From contig CDROCS010000295.1 in the NCBI GenBank assembly GCA_977020255.1, positions 62,001-126,000 on the forward strand: DNA of 64,000 bases, read 5' to 3'. A model generated the notes under the pieces. It searched no databases, had not been told where the DNA came from, and was given only the letters and a program-made list of their open reading frames with translations. How positions within the stretch are numbered: position 1 is the first letter of the stretch; the number at the start of each line of letters is the position of its first letter. Below are positions 50,718 through 62,838 of this stretch, piece by piece. This DNA comes from Obrimoposthia wandeli. Taxonomy: Eukaryota. The translations under genes and the position numbers were made by a program.

Positions 50718-53700
50718 ATGAATGCAGAACAGTTGGCACAAGCCTTGAATGCGACGTTGAGACCCAACATTTCGGGATCATTGCAGATTACAAAGTTTAA
50801 AGGAGATGAGGAAAGTATTTGTGACTTCCTCGCAGAATATTCGAGTTGCGCAGATGTTCAAGGATGGAACGATAGAGAAAAAGGTGTCCGTGTACAGGCT
50901 CATTTGACCGGATTAGCACTTGAAGTGTATAAACATTTGACAGAAGCAGAACGTTTAAATTGGGAAACGTTGGAAAGTGCTTTTATTGGAAAATTGGTAT
51001 TGGGAGACTTAGCAAAAGTAAATAAGCGAATCATGAGAGAACGAAAACAGAAACATGACGAAAGCGTGAATGAATACGCGTATGTTTTGAGAACCTTGGC
51101 CGCACGAGCGCACCCAAGAAGAATAGTGAGAAATCAGTTAGCTCAACCTGTAGCTCAAGAAGTACAAGCAGCGGAAAAGATCCGGAACCAAAATGAAATG
51201 GCAGAAGTTTTGTTAGATATATTTAGAGGAGGACTGAAAAAAGACATTAAAGTGTTATTGGCAGTATCGGATACAAATGATTTTGATATCGCCGTACGAA
51301 AGGCGAGAGAAATTGAGGAAAATATAAAAAATAACGCAGCATTGGCAATTTACACAATGACCACAGGTGATGACGATAAGACAAAGGTATTTGTGAAAAA
51401 GACAGAACCGAGTAATTTTCAGAATCGAAATTATGGACAAAATAAGTTCGAAAAAGGATATGAATCCAGTAACGGAAATAGAGATAATTTCCGAAGTAGA
51501 AATAGAGATGATTCAACAGGTAGAAATAATAGCGAGCCTTGGAACAGGAATCGAGACGATTCAAGAGGTAGAAGTAGTAATGATTCGTGGAACCGAAATA
51601 GAGATGATTCCAGAAATAGATTTAGTAGAGATAATTCAGGAAATTGCCTACCGTGGAGAGGAGACGATAGGAATTATAACGCAAACAGAGGATAGCGAAA
51701 TGACTCTCGATTTGGAAATAATGCAGGAAGTAGTGACGGAAGATTCAATAATCGAGGAAGCGGTTTTGAATCGAGTTTCCGAAGAAATGATTTTAGAGGA
51801 CGCTATGACAATAGACAGAATAGTCGTCGAATACAGTTCGAAAATGAACAAAATAAGATAGATATTCGAGGGAGAATAATGTATTATACGTGTAAACAAA
51901 TGGGTCACTACTCGAGAGATTGTACGAGAAGTAAAGAATTCGGAACTAACAGATTTGGAAATAATAATTTTGGAAATAATTATAGAGGATATAATTCACC
52001 CCTGCCATGGAATAGAGGTGGTGGGTATACTCTGCTGCAATGGAGACAGAATAATCAGTATACGGATAGACAACAGTCACCAGTCAGATACAATAATTAT
52101 GCAGACAGACAGCAAGGAGCTGAAAGATACAATAATTACGTAGGACAGCAAGGAGCTGAGCAATATAATAATTCCGGAAGATAAAATAATAATAATGTTG
52201 ACAAGACAAATAGTCGTGAGAGTTCGCCGAAACCGAAAGGAAATTTTAGTTACGTAAACGATGACAGCGATAGAAATCGCGAGATCGAACTTCGACGCGA
52301 AATAGATTTTGAAGATAGCGATAGTAAATTTGAACGAATGTTGGGAATAATTAAAGATTCACCGCATACAAAGATGGCGAATTTATCTACGTTGTCGAAA
52401 CAAGGAAAAAATCTGCACTCGAGAGAAGAGATGAATGATTTAATGAACCGAATACTAGAAGCGCATGAAAAACCAATAGAGAAAACGTGTAACGCACAAC
52501 CTATGACTGATCACATAGAAGCAGTAAGAAATGCTAAGAGTATGGAAAATGTGAAAAAGATAATTAGTGAAGCTAAAGAGACGTTGAATCAACCGTTAGA
52601 CGAAGCGAGTGAAACTCCAGAAGTTTTGGCAAAACTACAAACAATTAAAGTGCACAGATTGGAAGAAGTGCGAGCAGAATTGGTTAAACATAGTCATGAT
52701 AACTTGATTTACAAAGATGTATCACGAGGATTATTGAAAGGATATGGTCGTTACGTACAGAGATCAAATCAAAAAGGAACGATGAAAATTTCACTTCGAT
52801 TAATTTCCGGACAGAATATGCATGAAAAACGTAACGTATACCAAACAATGAAAACTATTCGAAAAAGGTTGGCCGAGAAACTCGAAATAGATGGAATGAA
52901 TATGTTGTTCCATTATAAAGGAAGATCACTAGATGATGAAGACATACCAGTCGAGTGCGGATATCCGATAGGAAACGAATTAGAGGAAAAAATTGATGTC
53001 ATCACTGTAGGACGTCAGGAGTTAGTAGATAATGAAGGATTGGCTGAGATATTAAATTCTACGTTAGATATGATAACAACACCTATAGAAATTCTAGACA
53101 GTTCAAGCGAAAGCGGAAATAATGATGTAGCTGAAGCTTGAAACAAGACGTCCACACCTGAACCAAACGTAGCTGAACCACAGGACGTGGAACCAAAAAA
53201 TGAGTTGACGAATCTGGTAGTTGAAGTACCACCTGAGCAAGAGATAATTCAAACCGGACAAGATGAAGTCACGGATGTAGCTAACCAAGTGAGAAACCGC
53301 GAAAAGCGTAACCGAACTAGTTAGAGAAGACGAAATCTCCGAGATTGTAGATTTAGATTCACCAATTTGGCATGCCGCATACAGAGATAGACAGGCAGAG
53401 CAGACGATGCGACAAAAATGAGGAGATTGGTCATGTAGCAGGACCAATTCAAGAGGTACAGTATAATGATGAACCGTATGATCCAGGTGAGAATCAAACT
53501 GAGTATCAGTATTTTCGAAGAGGGCCTGGAAAACCTAGAAAATATGGAAGTATATTACGAAATGTTCTAACTGCACCTCAAACTGATGAGGAGATACATC
53601 TAAGCATTGGACAGTTAGCAGCGTCATTAGAGCAGTATAGTGCAGAGCGAAATGAAGATATCAGGGGTGATATGAATTCGGAAGCTCCAAGTAGTAAAGA

Positions 53701-54055
53701 TATACTTACGGGAATTATCAGGCAAGTAAAGCCGAAGTTGTTCAAAATGTACAAAGATGAAACAACCGATATAACAGACAATTTGACTAGAGCAGTTAGA
53801 TCACAAATGTCTGCAGTGAAGAAAATGACTGCTAATCAAGAATACCATGCATCAATAGACAGATTCTATGATGGCGAAGTTTTAGCGAGATTATGTGGAA
53901 ACCAGACTACAAATAAGAAGCTAGTCACAGCGATTACATATATATGTTTCCAATTGACGGAAAGAACGAGCCAACCTCACGAAGTCAAACAAGGAATAAA
54001 TGAAGCGATATATCTGATCGAGAACGTATTGCAGCGACGAATTGACGAAAATTGA
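50718..54055 (+). pseudogene. gag: Extended Gag polyprotein (capsid, R/G/N-rich linker, Zn knuckle, ubiquitin-like domain, unknown domains)
   Basis: ITKFKGDEES..DFL...GWND, RKQKHDESVNEY, FRGGL (capsid); YYTCKQMGHYSRDC (CCHC with first C changed to Y). ORFs 50718, 51879 and 52338 share one frame separated by single stops; 53372 follows after a frameshift. Confidence 0.85.
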
Positions 54056-54181
54056 GGTTGGGCAAAATTAAGCGACTACGCTAAAACCATTGTGGAAATG
54101 AATGAAGACGATGAGGAACAATGCCATGAGAATCGTCAAAGAGAAAATAAAAAAACCGTCCGAAAGAAAGAAACAATCAAC

Positions 54182-54640
54182 NNNNNNNNNNNNNNNNNNN
54201 NNNNNNNNNNNNNNNNNNNNNNNNNNNNNNNNNNNNNNNNNNNNNNNNNNNNNNNNNNNNNNNNNNNNNNNNNNNNNNNNNNNNNNNNNNNNNNNNNNNN
54301 NNNNNNNNNNNNNNNNNNNNNNNNNNNNNNNNNNNNNNNNNNNNNNNNNNNNNNNNNNNNNNNNNNNNNNNNNNNNNNNNNNNNNNNNNNNNNNNNNNNN
54401 NNNNNNNNNNNNNNNNNNNNNNNNNNNNNNNNNNNNNNNNNNNNNNNNNNNNNNNNNNNNNNNNNNNNNNNNNNNNNNNNNNNNNNNNNNNNNNNNNNNN
54501 NNNNNNNNNNNNNNNNNNNNNNNNNNNNNNNNNNNNNNNNNNNNNNNNNNNNNNNNNNNNNNNNNNNNNNNNNNNNNNNNNNNNNNNNNNNNNNNNNNNN
54601 NNNNNNNNNNNNNNNNNNNNNNNNNNNNNNNNNNNNNNNN
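54182..54640. other. Assembly gap (459 N)
   Basis: Run of N bases. Confidence 1.
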
Positions 54641-54642
54641 AA

Positions 54643-55410
54643 CAGGCATCAGCGTTAGTAGCATACGACTGTAGCGTACCACAGATGGGACAAAAGTATT
54701 CACTGCTTGACAGCGAGGACTGTCCAGAATCACAACCCTCAAAATTAGAAATTAAAGGTGTTGAAAACTATTTCGTGTATCAGGATGTTGATAAAATACA
54801 GGTACAAGTGAAGGAATGCTCAGTTCATTCAAGTTATCACGAATTTTACTGTGGTCATAGAGGTTTTATGTCGGAAATCACACCTACCACACTGTACAAA
54901 CCACACAAGGTCTTTCCTGGAGATTGCGAAGGCGCATTTCGAACAGGAAAAATAGAAATAGATAAGAATTACAAACCTGATGTGAAAATTGGGGTGAGAC
55001 GATACGAAACAGTCACGAGAGTAGGATGACGATGGGCTGATGGATCTTGTGACGGAGGAACAAAAAACGTGCGTGGTACCGAAGTAACAGAGTTAGTAAT
55101 GGACGTAACTTACCAGATCGAATTAAAAACATGGACCGCCAATTTTGATAAAAATACAAAACGAATGATGAAGTATCCGGAATATAGATTGACAGATACA
55201 TCTTGTCATACAGGTGAATCCACCATTGTGTATCACGTGGATCCAAAACAATGCTCTTTAGTATTTTTGAAAGAGATTAGATTTAATAAAATAAAAGGGT
55301 TCCTGTATAATAAAGGTGGAGAAGGATTTCATAACATAACAGGACCAATTCCTACGACGCCGACACCTACACTGTTAATGGCAAAGAAAACAAAGAAAAA
55401 AAAAACCTAA
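54643..55410 (+). pseudogene. env: Chuvirus-like (class III fusion) glycoprotein, N-terminal ectodomain fragment
   Basis: QASALVAYDCSVPQMGQKYSLLDSEDC...VQVKECSVHSSYHEFYCG...DCEGAFRTGKI...VG*RWADGSCDGG matches the recalled YDC...SLLD.x.C...C...YCG...G..DG.C.G cysteine pattern of chuvirus-type glycoproteins; one in-frame TGA; no TM reached. Confidence 0.75.
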
Positions 55411-55522
55411 GAAAACTTTACATCATGAATTTTGCGAGTTTTGTATTGTTAAAAAAAAAATAAAGCAAAAAGAACAGAAAACTGAATGTATAGTCGAATA
55501 CCAAATCACACGTAAAGAGATT

Positions 55523-55882
55523 TTGGCTCAACAAGACACACCGGTAGTGTCATTCGTTAGAAGACTATATCCAAAAAAAGCAGAAAGAATCAGAGATTTG
55601 GTAGAAAATAAAATAAAAACTACGCGAAACGGATACGGATCAATTTTTGAATTACTGCGAGATAAAGATGACAGTACAATTGAAACAAAAGAAAAAGAGT
55701 ACATAAATGAACTAGAATACGTACTAGAAGATCCGGAATGCGCAGTTTGTATGGTCAACAAAATAGAAGTTGCCTTTTTACCATGCAGACATGTGAGAAC
55801 ATGTCGGAGATGTGCGAAGGAAATGGTATCATGCCCGATTTATGCCCAGAAAGATAATAGATCGACAAGTGAGAAATATTAG
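55523..55882 (+). pseudogene. IAP/MGRN-type RING-HC domain directly upstream of the protease
   Basis: ECAVCMVNKIEVAFLPCRHVRTCRRCAKEMVSCPI; a frameshift switches to RKIIDRQVR in the protease frame. Confidence 0.85.
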
Positions 55883-57241
55883 ATTTCACTATCCAAACAA
55901 AGGAAGTGGACCGACAAAATTTAATAATTCGATAAATACAATACACCATATGGGAAATATAAATGGAGCACAGCGACCAGCAGCTATCATTAGAGTGAAT
56001 AATTTAAAAGTAAAAGCCTTAATTGATACAGGTGCTGTAGCTTCGATAGTAAGTGAAGATTGTTTGACAGAGGAACAGAAACAAACAATGGCAGAACCAG
56101 ATGAATTCTTGGTATCGGTCAATGGAGACCCTGTAAAAGTGACGGGATAATTACCATGTACATTTATAATTGGACGTAATACGATCACTATACCAGTTAG
56201 AATCATGAAAGAATGTCTTGAACCTACAATTTTAGGAATGGATGTACTATCACAACTCAAAGGGATAAGTATTGATTTACAAGATCCAATATTGAAAGAT
56301 AGTAAGTCAAACAGACAAATAAATCAAATCAATGTAATTATAGAAAATCCTATAAAAATCTGTAAAAGATCGCAATTTCTTATTCAAGGTTACACATTAT
56401 AAGAAGATAAAGGACCAGTTGTGTTCGAACCATCACGGGATTTCATAGAGAAATACGAATTACCGATTGTGAGTACAGTATGTCTGATTGAAAACCACAA
56501 AATACCAGTTAGACTGATGAATACAACCAACAATGACATCCTATTATACAGAGGAATGAGGTTGGGAAAAATAGCACAGATGGAGAATTCCACTGTATGT
56601 GCTATGAAACTCGATAAAGATAGGAATGATTACGAAAAATAGTAATCCAAACAGAAAGACTGACAACCAGAGAAAAGAAACAATTACTCGATCTAATACA
56701 TAAATTTCCAAAAGTAATTGCAAAAAATCCGTATGACATAGGAGAAACACCTGTCATAAAACACACAATACCGCTGACAGAAGACAAAGTAGTCAGAAAA
56801 AGACCATATCGAGTACCATTACAGTTACAAGATGAAGTCAAAAGTCAGATTGAAGATATGTCTAGAACAGGAGTAATTAGACCGAGTTTTTCACCATTTT
56901 TAGCACCTGTGGTGTTAGTAAAAAAGAAGGATGGAAAAATGAGATTATGTATAGATTTCAGAGAACTGAACAAGATCACAAGAAAAGATGTGTATCCATT
57001 ACCTAGAATTGAAGAGATGCTTGATAAATTAGGTAATTCAGATTATTTTACGACATTGGATTTGCAGAGTGGATACTGGCAAATCGAGATAGAGGAAGAG
57101 GATAAACACAAAACAGCCTTTTCCTGCGGAGATGGACTATACGAATGCGAAAAAGGCCATTCGGACTGACAGGAGTGCCAGCAACATTTCAGCGTTGCAT
57201 GAATTTTGTACTCGCATCATGTGCAAACACGATGGTTTAAT
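55812..57241 (+). pseudogene. pol: pol, 5' part: aspartic protease, spacer and RT N-terminal half
   Basis: ALIDTGA and ILGMD (protease); RPYRVP, SPFLAPVVLVKKKDGKMRLCIDFRELN, YPLPRI, TLDLQSGYWQI, KTAF, PATFQR (RT); stops and frameshifts. Confidence 0.95.
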
Positions 57242-60200
57242 GGTTCTAGGACAATTACCCGCCGGACAATTACCCCCCGGACATTTACCCGCCGGACAAC
57301 TACCCGCCGGACAATTACCCGACTAGAACAATTACCCGCCGGACAAATACCCCCCGGACAATTACCCGACTAGGACAATTACCCGCCGGACAATTACCCC
57401 CCAAAAAATACAGGGCGAGTTGATGCACTTTTAATATAAACAATAAATTAAAATTTTTTACGAAGAGGGGTAATTTAATTATATTTATTTATTTAGATTA
57501 ATTAAATTAGTAAAAAGTTATTAATAAGGGGGTAATCAAAAAAGTGAAATATTAAAAAAGTAAAAAAGTTAAATAAGGATAAACTATAAAGGGAGGTATT
57601 AAAATGGTAAAAACTTTAAAGTGTTACTTAATTAAATGACAGATACTAACATATGATAATGGAATTGGTCTAGTATGACTCATGTATATTTAGACGCCAG
57701 TAATACAACTTAACGCTAAGAGAGTTTGTATAAAACTAATAAAACTATTTAGGTCAAAATTGATAAGTATATGTTCACAATGTTGGGGCAGACTTAATGA
57801 ATTAGGAGTTGGTGCGTGTTGAGGCGTAGCCAGTAGTTACAATTAAATCGAAGTTAGTTAGATTTATAAGTTAGTAAGATTCACAAGATAAACAATCATT
57901 GTATATTTTACCCATGGAATTTATTAACTCTAACCGGGGAAAAATAAAGGTACTATACAAGGGCTTTGTATATGTTAAGTCCAAAACGTTGTCATCTGGT
58001 GCTGTTTCTTACGAGTGTGAGCTCCGACGAAACAGCAAGCAATGCAAAGCTAGGATTATAGTAAGTGGCGATATGATTGTTAAACAGTTCAACGACCATA
58101 CTCATGCTGCTGATATTGGTCGACCAGAGGCACTGAAGATTCGTCAGTCGATAAAGAGTCGTGCTGTAAATAACGAGGAAACCCCTCAGCAAGTTATCAC
58201 CCAAGAGCTTCAAGTTATTTCCGACTCTGCTGCTGTGAAACTTCCAGCCATACGCAACATCCGACGTTGTATTCGTCGACATCGTCAAGTTGCCGGAAAT
58301 CCTCCCGCAATCCCGCAGACTCGTGCCGAAATTATACTACCTGAAAAGTACAAACGTACACTGGCAGATCAGCCTTTCCTATTATTTGACAGTGGTTCAG
58401 TTGATGATAGGATCCTTATGTTCTCTACAGAGCGTAATCTGCACATCCTCGACACATCCGTAGACTGGTTTTGTGATGGAACGTTTAAGGTTGTACCTGG
58501 TGTATTTTACCAATTATTTACAATTCACGGTCTTACCAACAACCACATGGTTCCCTGTGTCTATGCACTTTTGCCAAATAAGCAGGAAGTGACGTACGTG
58601 ACCTTTCTACGTGAACTTTATAGACTTAATCCGGAGCTAAAACCACGATCTATCATGATTGACTTTGAGTCGGCTTCCAGGAATGCACTGGCCGAGGTTT
58701 TTCCTGCCGCAACCATACAAGGATGCTTTTATCATTTGTCACAAGCCGTCTACCGCAAAGTCCAAAGTGTTGGACTTCAAGAGCAATATCAAAACAACGC
58801 CGATTTTAGCTTAAAGATTTGCATGATGACTGCTCTTGCTTTCACTCCACTGAACGATGTGGTAAACTCATTTGAACATCTGGCTGATTCTATGCCTGAG
58901 AAAGCACAACCCATTATAGACTATATTGAGGACACCTATATTGGTCGACACCAACGCTCTTCGCTCATGCCATGTGGAACGTCCGAGACAGAGTAGAGGA
59001 AGGACTTCCACGTACCAACAACCATGTGGAAGGTTGGCATCGACGTATGCAGTCTAATGTGGGAGCCTATCATCCTAGTATCTGGCATTTCCTGGATGTA
59101 TTGCAACGCGAGCAATCACTCAACGAAGTCATCATGACACAGATTCTAGCCGGACAAGCAGCCCCACCCCAACGTGGCAAATACAAGGCCATCACCGAGC
59201 GCCTAGTTACTGTTGTGGCTGACTATGACAACCGTGCTATCCTGGACTTTCTTTGTGGTATTGCACACAACCTACAGATGTAGATTCTGTGATGATCAAT
59301 GTGACTGTTATAGAATTGTTCTTATTCAAGAATAACTATACAAATAAATAAACACATGTCAATTGTTTTTTTCTTACCTTCCAGTATTCTTAACAATATC
59401 TATTCAATAACCTATTTAGCACTTTACTTTCTTCTTTTTCTTGTTGTAAGTCCTCTACTTCAAGTTTTTTCCTTTCTCTTACTTCTTCATCGTGTCTAAT
59501 GGCTACGCCTCAACTTGTCCAGCCCGAAACGGTTTCTAATTGAGTAAGTCTGCATCAACTCTCTCCAGGGCGAGTTGAGGCTCTTTTAAAGGGGTAATTT
59601 TGAGTAATTTTTTTTTGTAATGGAGAAACAAAAGCTAAAATAAAAAGGTCTAAATTGTAATTTAATTTCCATAAATCTGAAAGGGATGGGTATTAAAAAT
59701 TTTATGGGGTAACAAAATTTAGTAAGAGGTATAATAATTAATAAGATCAAAATATTAAAAAATGAAATAGTAAAATTTTAATAGGTGTAATTAAAAAAAA
59801 GTAAATAATAATAAGGGGTGTTAAAAAAGGGAAACATTAAAATATTAATAACAGATGATATAAAAAGGAAAAAAATGAAATGAAGATAAAAAAAGGAAAC
59901 AGTCAAACTTTAAAGGTAAAAAAGTAGAAAAGGTAAATATTAACAAATGAGACATTGTGAACATATACTTATCAATTTTGACCTAAATAGTTTTATTAGT
60001 TTTATACAAACTCTCTTAGCGTTAAGTTGTATTACTGGCGTCTAAATATACATGAGTCATACTAGACCAATTCCATTATCATATGTTAGTATCTGTCATT
60101 TAATTTTGTAACACTTTAAAGTTTTTACCATGTTAATACCTCCCTTTTTAGTTTATCCTTATTTAACTTTTTTCCTTTTTTAATTTTTAGGTTTTTATAC

Positions 60201-60460
60201 CCCCTTATTAATAACTTTTTACTAATTTAATTAATCTAAATAAATAAATACAATTAAATTAACCCTCTTCGTAAAAAATTTTAATTTATTGTTTATATTA
60301 AAAGTGCATCAACTCGCCCTGTATTTTTTGGGGGGTAATTGTCCGGTGGGTAATTGGCCTAGTCGGGTAATTGTCCGGGGGGTATTTGTAAGGCGGGTAT
60401 TTGTCCTAGTCGGGTAATTGTCCGGCGGGTAAATGTCCGGCGGGTAATTGTCCTGTTACC
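57242..60460 (+). mobile_element. Mutator (MULE) DNA transposon inserted in RT
   Basis: ~540-bp TIRs (57242-57783 and 59952-60460) with terminal ggacaattacccgcc subrepeats; 8-bp TSD ggtttaat at 57234-57241 and 60461-60468. Confidence 0.95.
57899..59283 (+). pseudogene. FLYWCH-MULE transposase with one frameshift near 58960
   Basis: YKGFVYVK...YEC...CKARI (FLYWCH), WFCDGTF...YQLFTIH, PCVYALLPNK, IMIDFE, GCFYHLSQA, RTNNHVEGWH, HPSIWHFL. Confidence 0.92.
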
Positions 60461-60468
60461 GGTTTAAT

Positions 60469-61547
60469 TCGATGACATAATAATATTTTCTAAAACGTTC
60501 GAAGAACATCTAAAAAATCTTGAAGTTGTATTTAAAAGACTGGAAAACACTAAATTAAAAGTTAAACCTACAAAATGCGAATGGGCTAAAGAGCGAGTAA
60601 CATTTTTAGGACATATAGTATCGAAAGAAGGCATCCGACCTGATCCAGCAAAGATCGAGAAAGTAAAAGCGCATGTAGTGCCAAAGACTGTTAATGAAAT
60701 ACAGAGTTTTTAGGTCTTGCGAACTATTATAGACGATTTGTTGAACATTTTTCAGATATAGCAACACCATTGAGAAAGTTGACGAGGAAAGATGAGAAGT
60801 TCATATGGGGAAAAGAAGCACAACAAGCGTTCGAGCATTTAAAGGAAAGACTGATAAAAGCACAAATATTAGCGTTTCCAGATATAAACCGATAATTCAT
60901 ATTAATGACGGATGCAAGTAACTATGCTGTAGGAGCAGCATTGGGAGAAGAGGATGACGAGGGAAGAGAACACGTCATCGCGTATGCGAGTAGAGGGTTA
61001 AACAGAGCTGAACTCTGTTATTGAAAAGGAATATCTAGCCATAGTATATTCATGTAGACAGTACAGACACTACTTGCCAGGAGAAAATGTATTCCTGTAT
61101 ACAGATCACAAACCACTACAGTTCTTGTATAAACATAGAGACGAGATGAGTAGATTAAACAGATGGTTTCTGAAATTGGCCGAATTTGATCTAGAAATCC
61201 GTTATAGAACCGGAAAGTCAAATGGAAATGCAGATTGTTTGTCGAGATTGATAAATGTAGACGAGAAAGGAAATATAATTCCAGAAGAAGGTCAAGATGA
61301 AGTCAACGACCAAAAAGGAGAAACAAATCTACTAACGATTTTGCTGAATAAGGGTAAAATAGACAAAGAGATCATCAAGGAACATAAAGAAGATGAAGAA
61401 CTGAGTCTAATCAAAGAACTGTTAGTGAAAGGAGATCTAAACGATGAAATGACGAAAACATACTCGATAAAAGAAGGAATCTTGTATATTGTCAACAATG
61501 TCGGAAACATAGTAGTAGTAATTCCGAAATCATTGAAAACAGTTTAG
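60469..61547 (+). pseudogene. pol: pol, 3' part: RT C-terminal half and RNase H, truncated before integrase
   Basis: FDDIIIFSKTFEEHL, KPTKC, FLGHIVS, GLANYYRRFV, TDASNYAVGA, IAYASR, YTDHKPL, RLNRWFLKL, NGNADCLSR. Confidence 0.95.
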
Positions 61548-61732
61548 AAAGAGATAATCTTGAGCTGTGGTTTGTAAATATCAACAAGATTAAGATTCCA
61601 ATCAGAGCCGAATATTATAAGAATGTTTAAAATTCAAATTGCGATTGGTCCTAAGCATAATAAACTTCGCTGTCAATTACGATTTGTCTGGAGCACTGCT
61701 GACTGTATCTTATTATTTCAGGCGCAGCCGCC

Positions 61733-61922
61733 CGGACCGGAGGGTCGAGTCGCTGTCTGTGAAATTTGCGAGGATGAACCAATAAGGATGGCCCTGGTTC
61801 CATGTGGCTATACGATGTGTATGCAGTGCTCCTTGTCGATACAAGACTGTCCATTCTGTAGAGAAATTGTTAACAAACGGCAGAAATTAACTTTGGAGAA
61901 GAAGATGCAGATCCAGAAATAA
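61733..61922 (+). CDS. RING-HC-like domain (IAP type; His replaced by Tyr)
   Basis: CEICEDEPIRMALVPCGYTMCMQCSLSIQDCPFCREIV; preceded by a ttattatttcag acceptor-like site. Confidence 0.75.
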
Positions 61923-62392
61923 AACTTGAGCTTTAAATGTTTTCTATGTATGTTGAAATGTCATTGACACTCAATATAAATGTAGGAGTAACGGCAGTCA
62001 TTTAAAATAAGAGCAATCAAATAACCTGGGATCAGTTTCAAGCTGGAAAGAATTTCCTTCGTATATTTAATCAGGTGAGTAACAATTTAAATAATTTTTA
62101 TAGCTGCGATAATTTGTAGTCTTCATTTGATGATTATTTACCCTAAAAAAACTTCGAATCCGATTTAAAATTTTAAAAAAATTATTTTGTTAACGATCAT
62201 TTTAATATTTATTCTATTCACAGTAATATTAAAAAAGAACTACGAGTCTAATTTATAGTTTTGATAAATTTCATCATTTGTCATATTCATTTTATTTACA
62301 TTTAAAGCATTTGTGAATTTGTGAATTTGATTTGTAGTTTTAACTACCAACTTCTATAAGCTACTTCAATAAATAACTTTGAATTACATAAC

Positions 62393-62550
62393 AGTAGGTG
62401 GATGTGTCCGGTTAATAAACCCCCAGGTGTGTTACCACTGTCCTTTAAAAACGTGCATGCGTGTGGAGTGAAATATCGTGTATGTGTGTGGAGTGAAATT
62501 TTCTACCCCCCCTAACACTCAAAAAACTAATTAACCCCATATATCACCCT
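62393..62550 (+). mobile_element. Left end of another Polinton of the same family
   Basis: AGTAGGTGGATGTGTCCGG, gtgtggagtgaaat repeats and acactcaaaaaa.taattaac.ccatata, as at 29216-29390; no right end in the window. Confidence 0.8.
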
Positions 62551-62838
62551 TTAAAATTGAAAATCTCATAGTGCTCCCTCAGAGTGTAGGTTACATCAGA
62601 AGGGAGCGGATGTCAATGCCAAAGATTATGTTTGGTTTTATATAAATTTATGTTATAACTATCTGTAGGTTAGATCATAAGGTTAAAAAACATCAGTGTA
62701 TTAAGATGTTCTTTTATTAATTTTAAAATATGTATTTTTAGAAAGTTATAAATTATTATAGTTTATAAATGAGAAAACAAATTAGAAAATAAACATTTAT
62801 TTACTAATTCCATCAAGTATTTTCCAAATAGGAGTCAC

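Larger units (their letters stand above)
47214..61547 (+). mobile_element. Large decayed Ty3/gypsy-type LTR retroelement (5' LTR to truncated pol)
   Basis: LTR, PBS, gag, PR, RT and RNase H in order; no integrase or 3' LTR seen; a 459-N gap lies inside it. Confidence 0.85.

Noticed and set aside
51433-51908. Alternate-frame and antisense ORFs over gag (also over pol, the MULE and the RING genes)
   Set aside because: Shadows of the real coding frames, caused by low-complexity, purine-rich sequence.
54068-54742. Long ORFs full of X
   Set aside because: Artefacts of the 459-N gap.
28165-62393. Pairing the orphan Polinton right end (28165) with the left end (62393) as one element
   Set aside because: They are in the wrong order (right end upstream of left end), and the flanking hexamers differ (cataca versus cataac).
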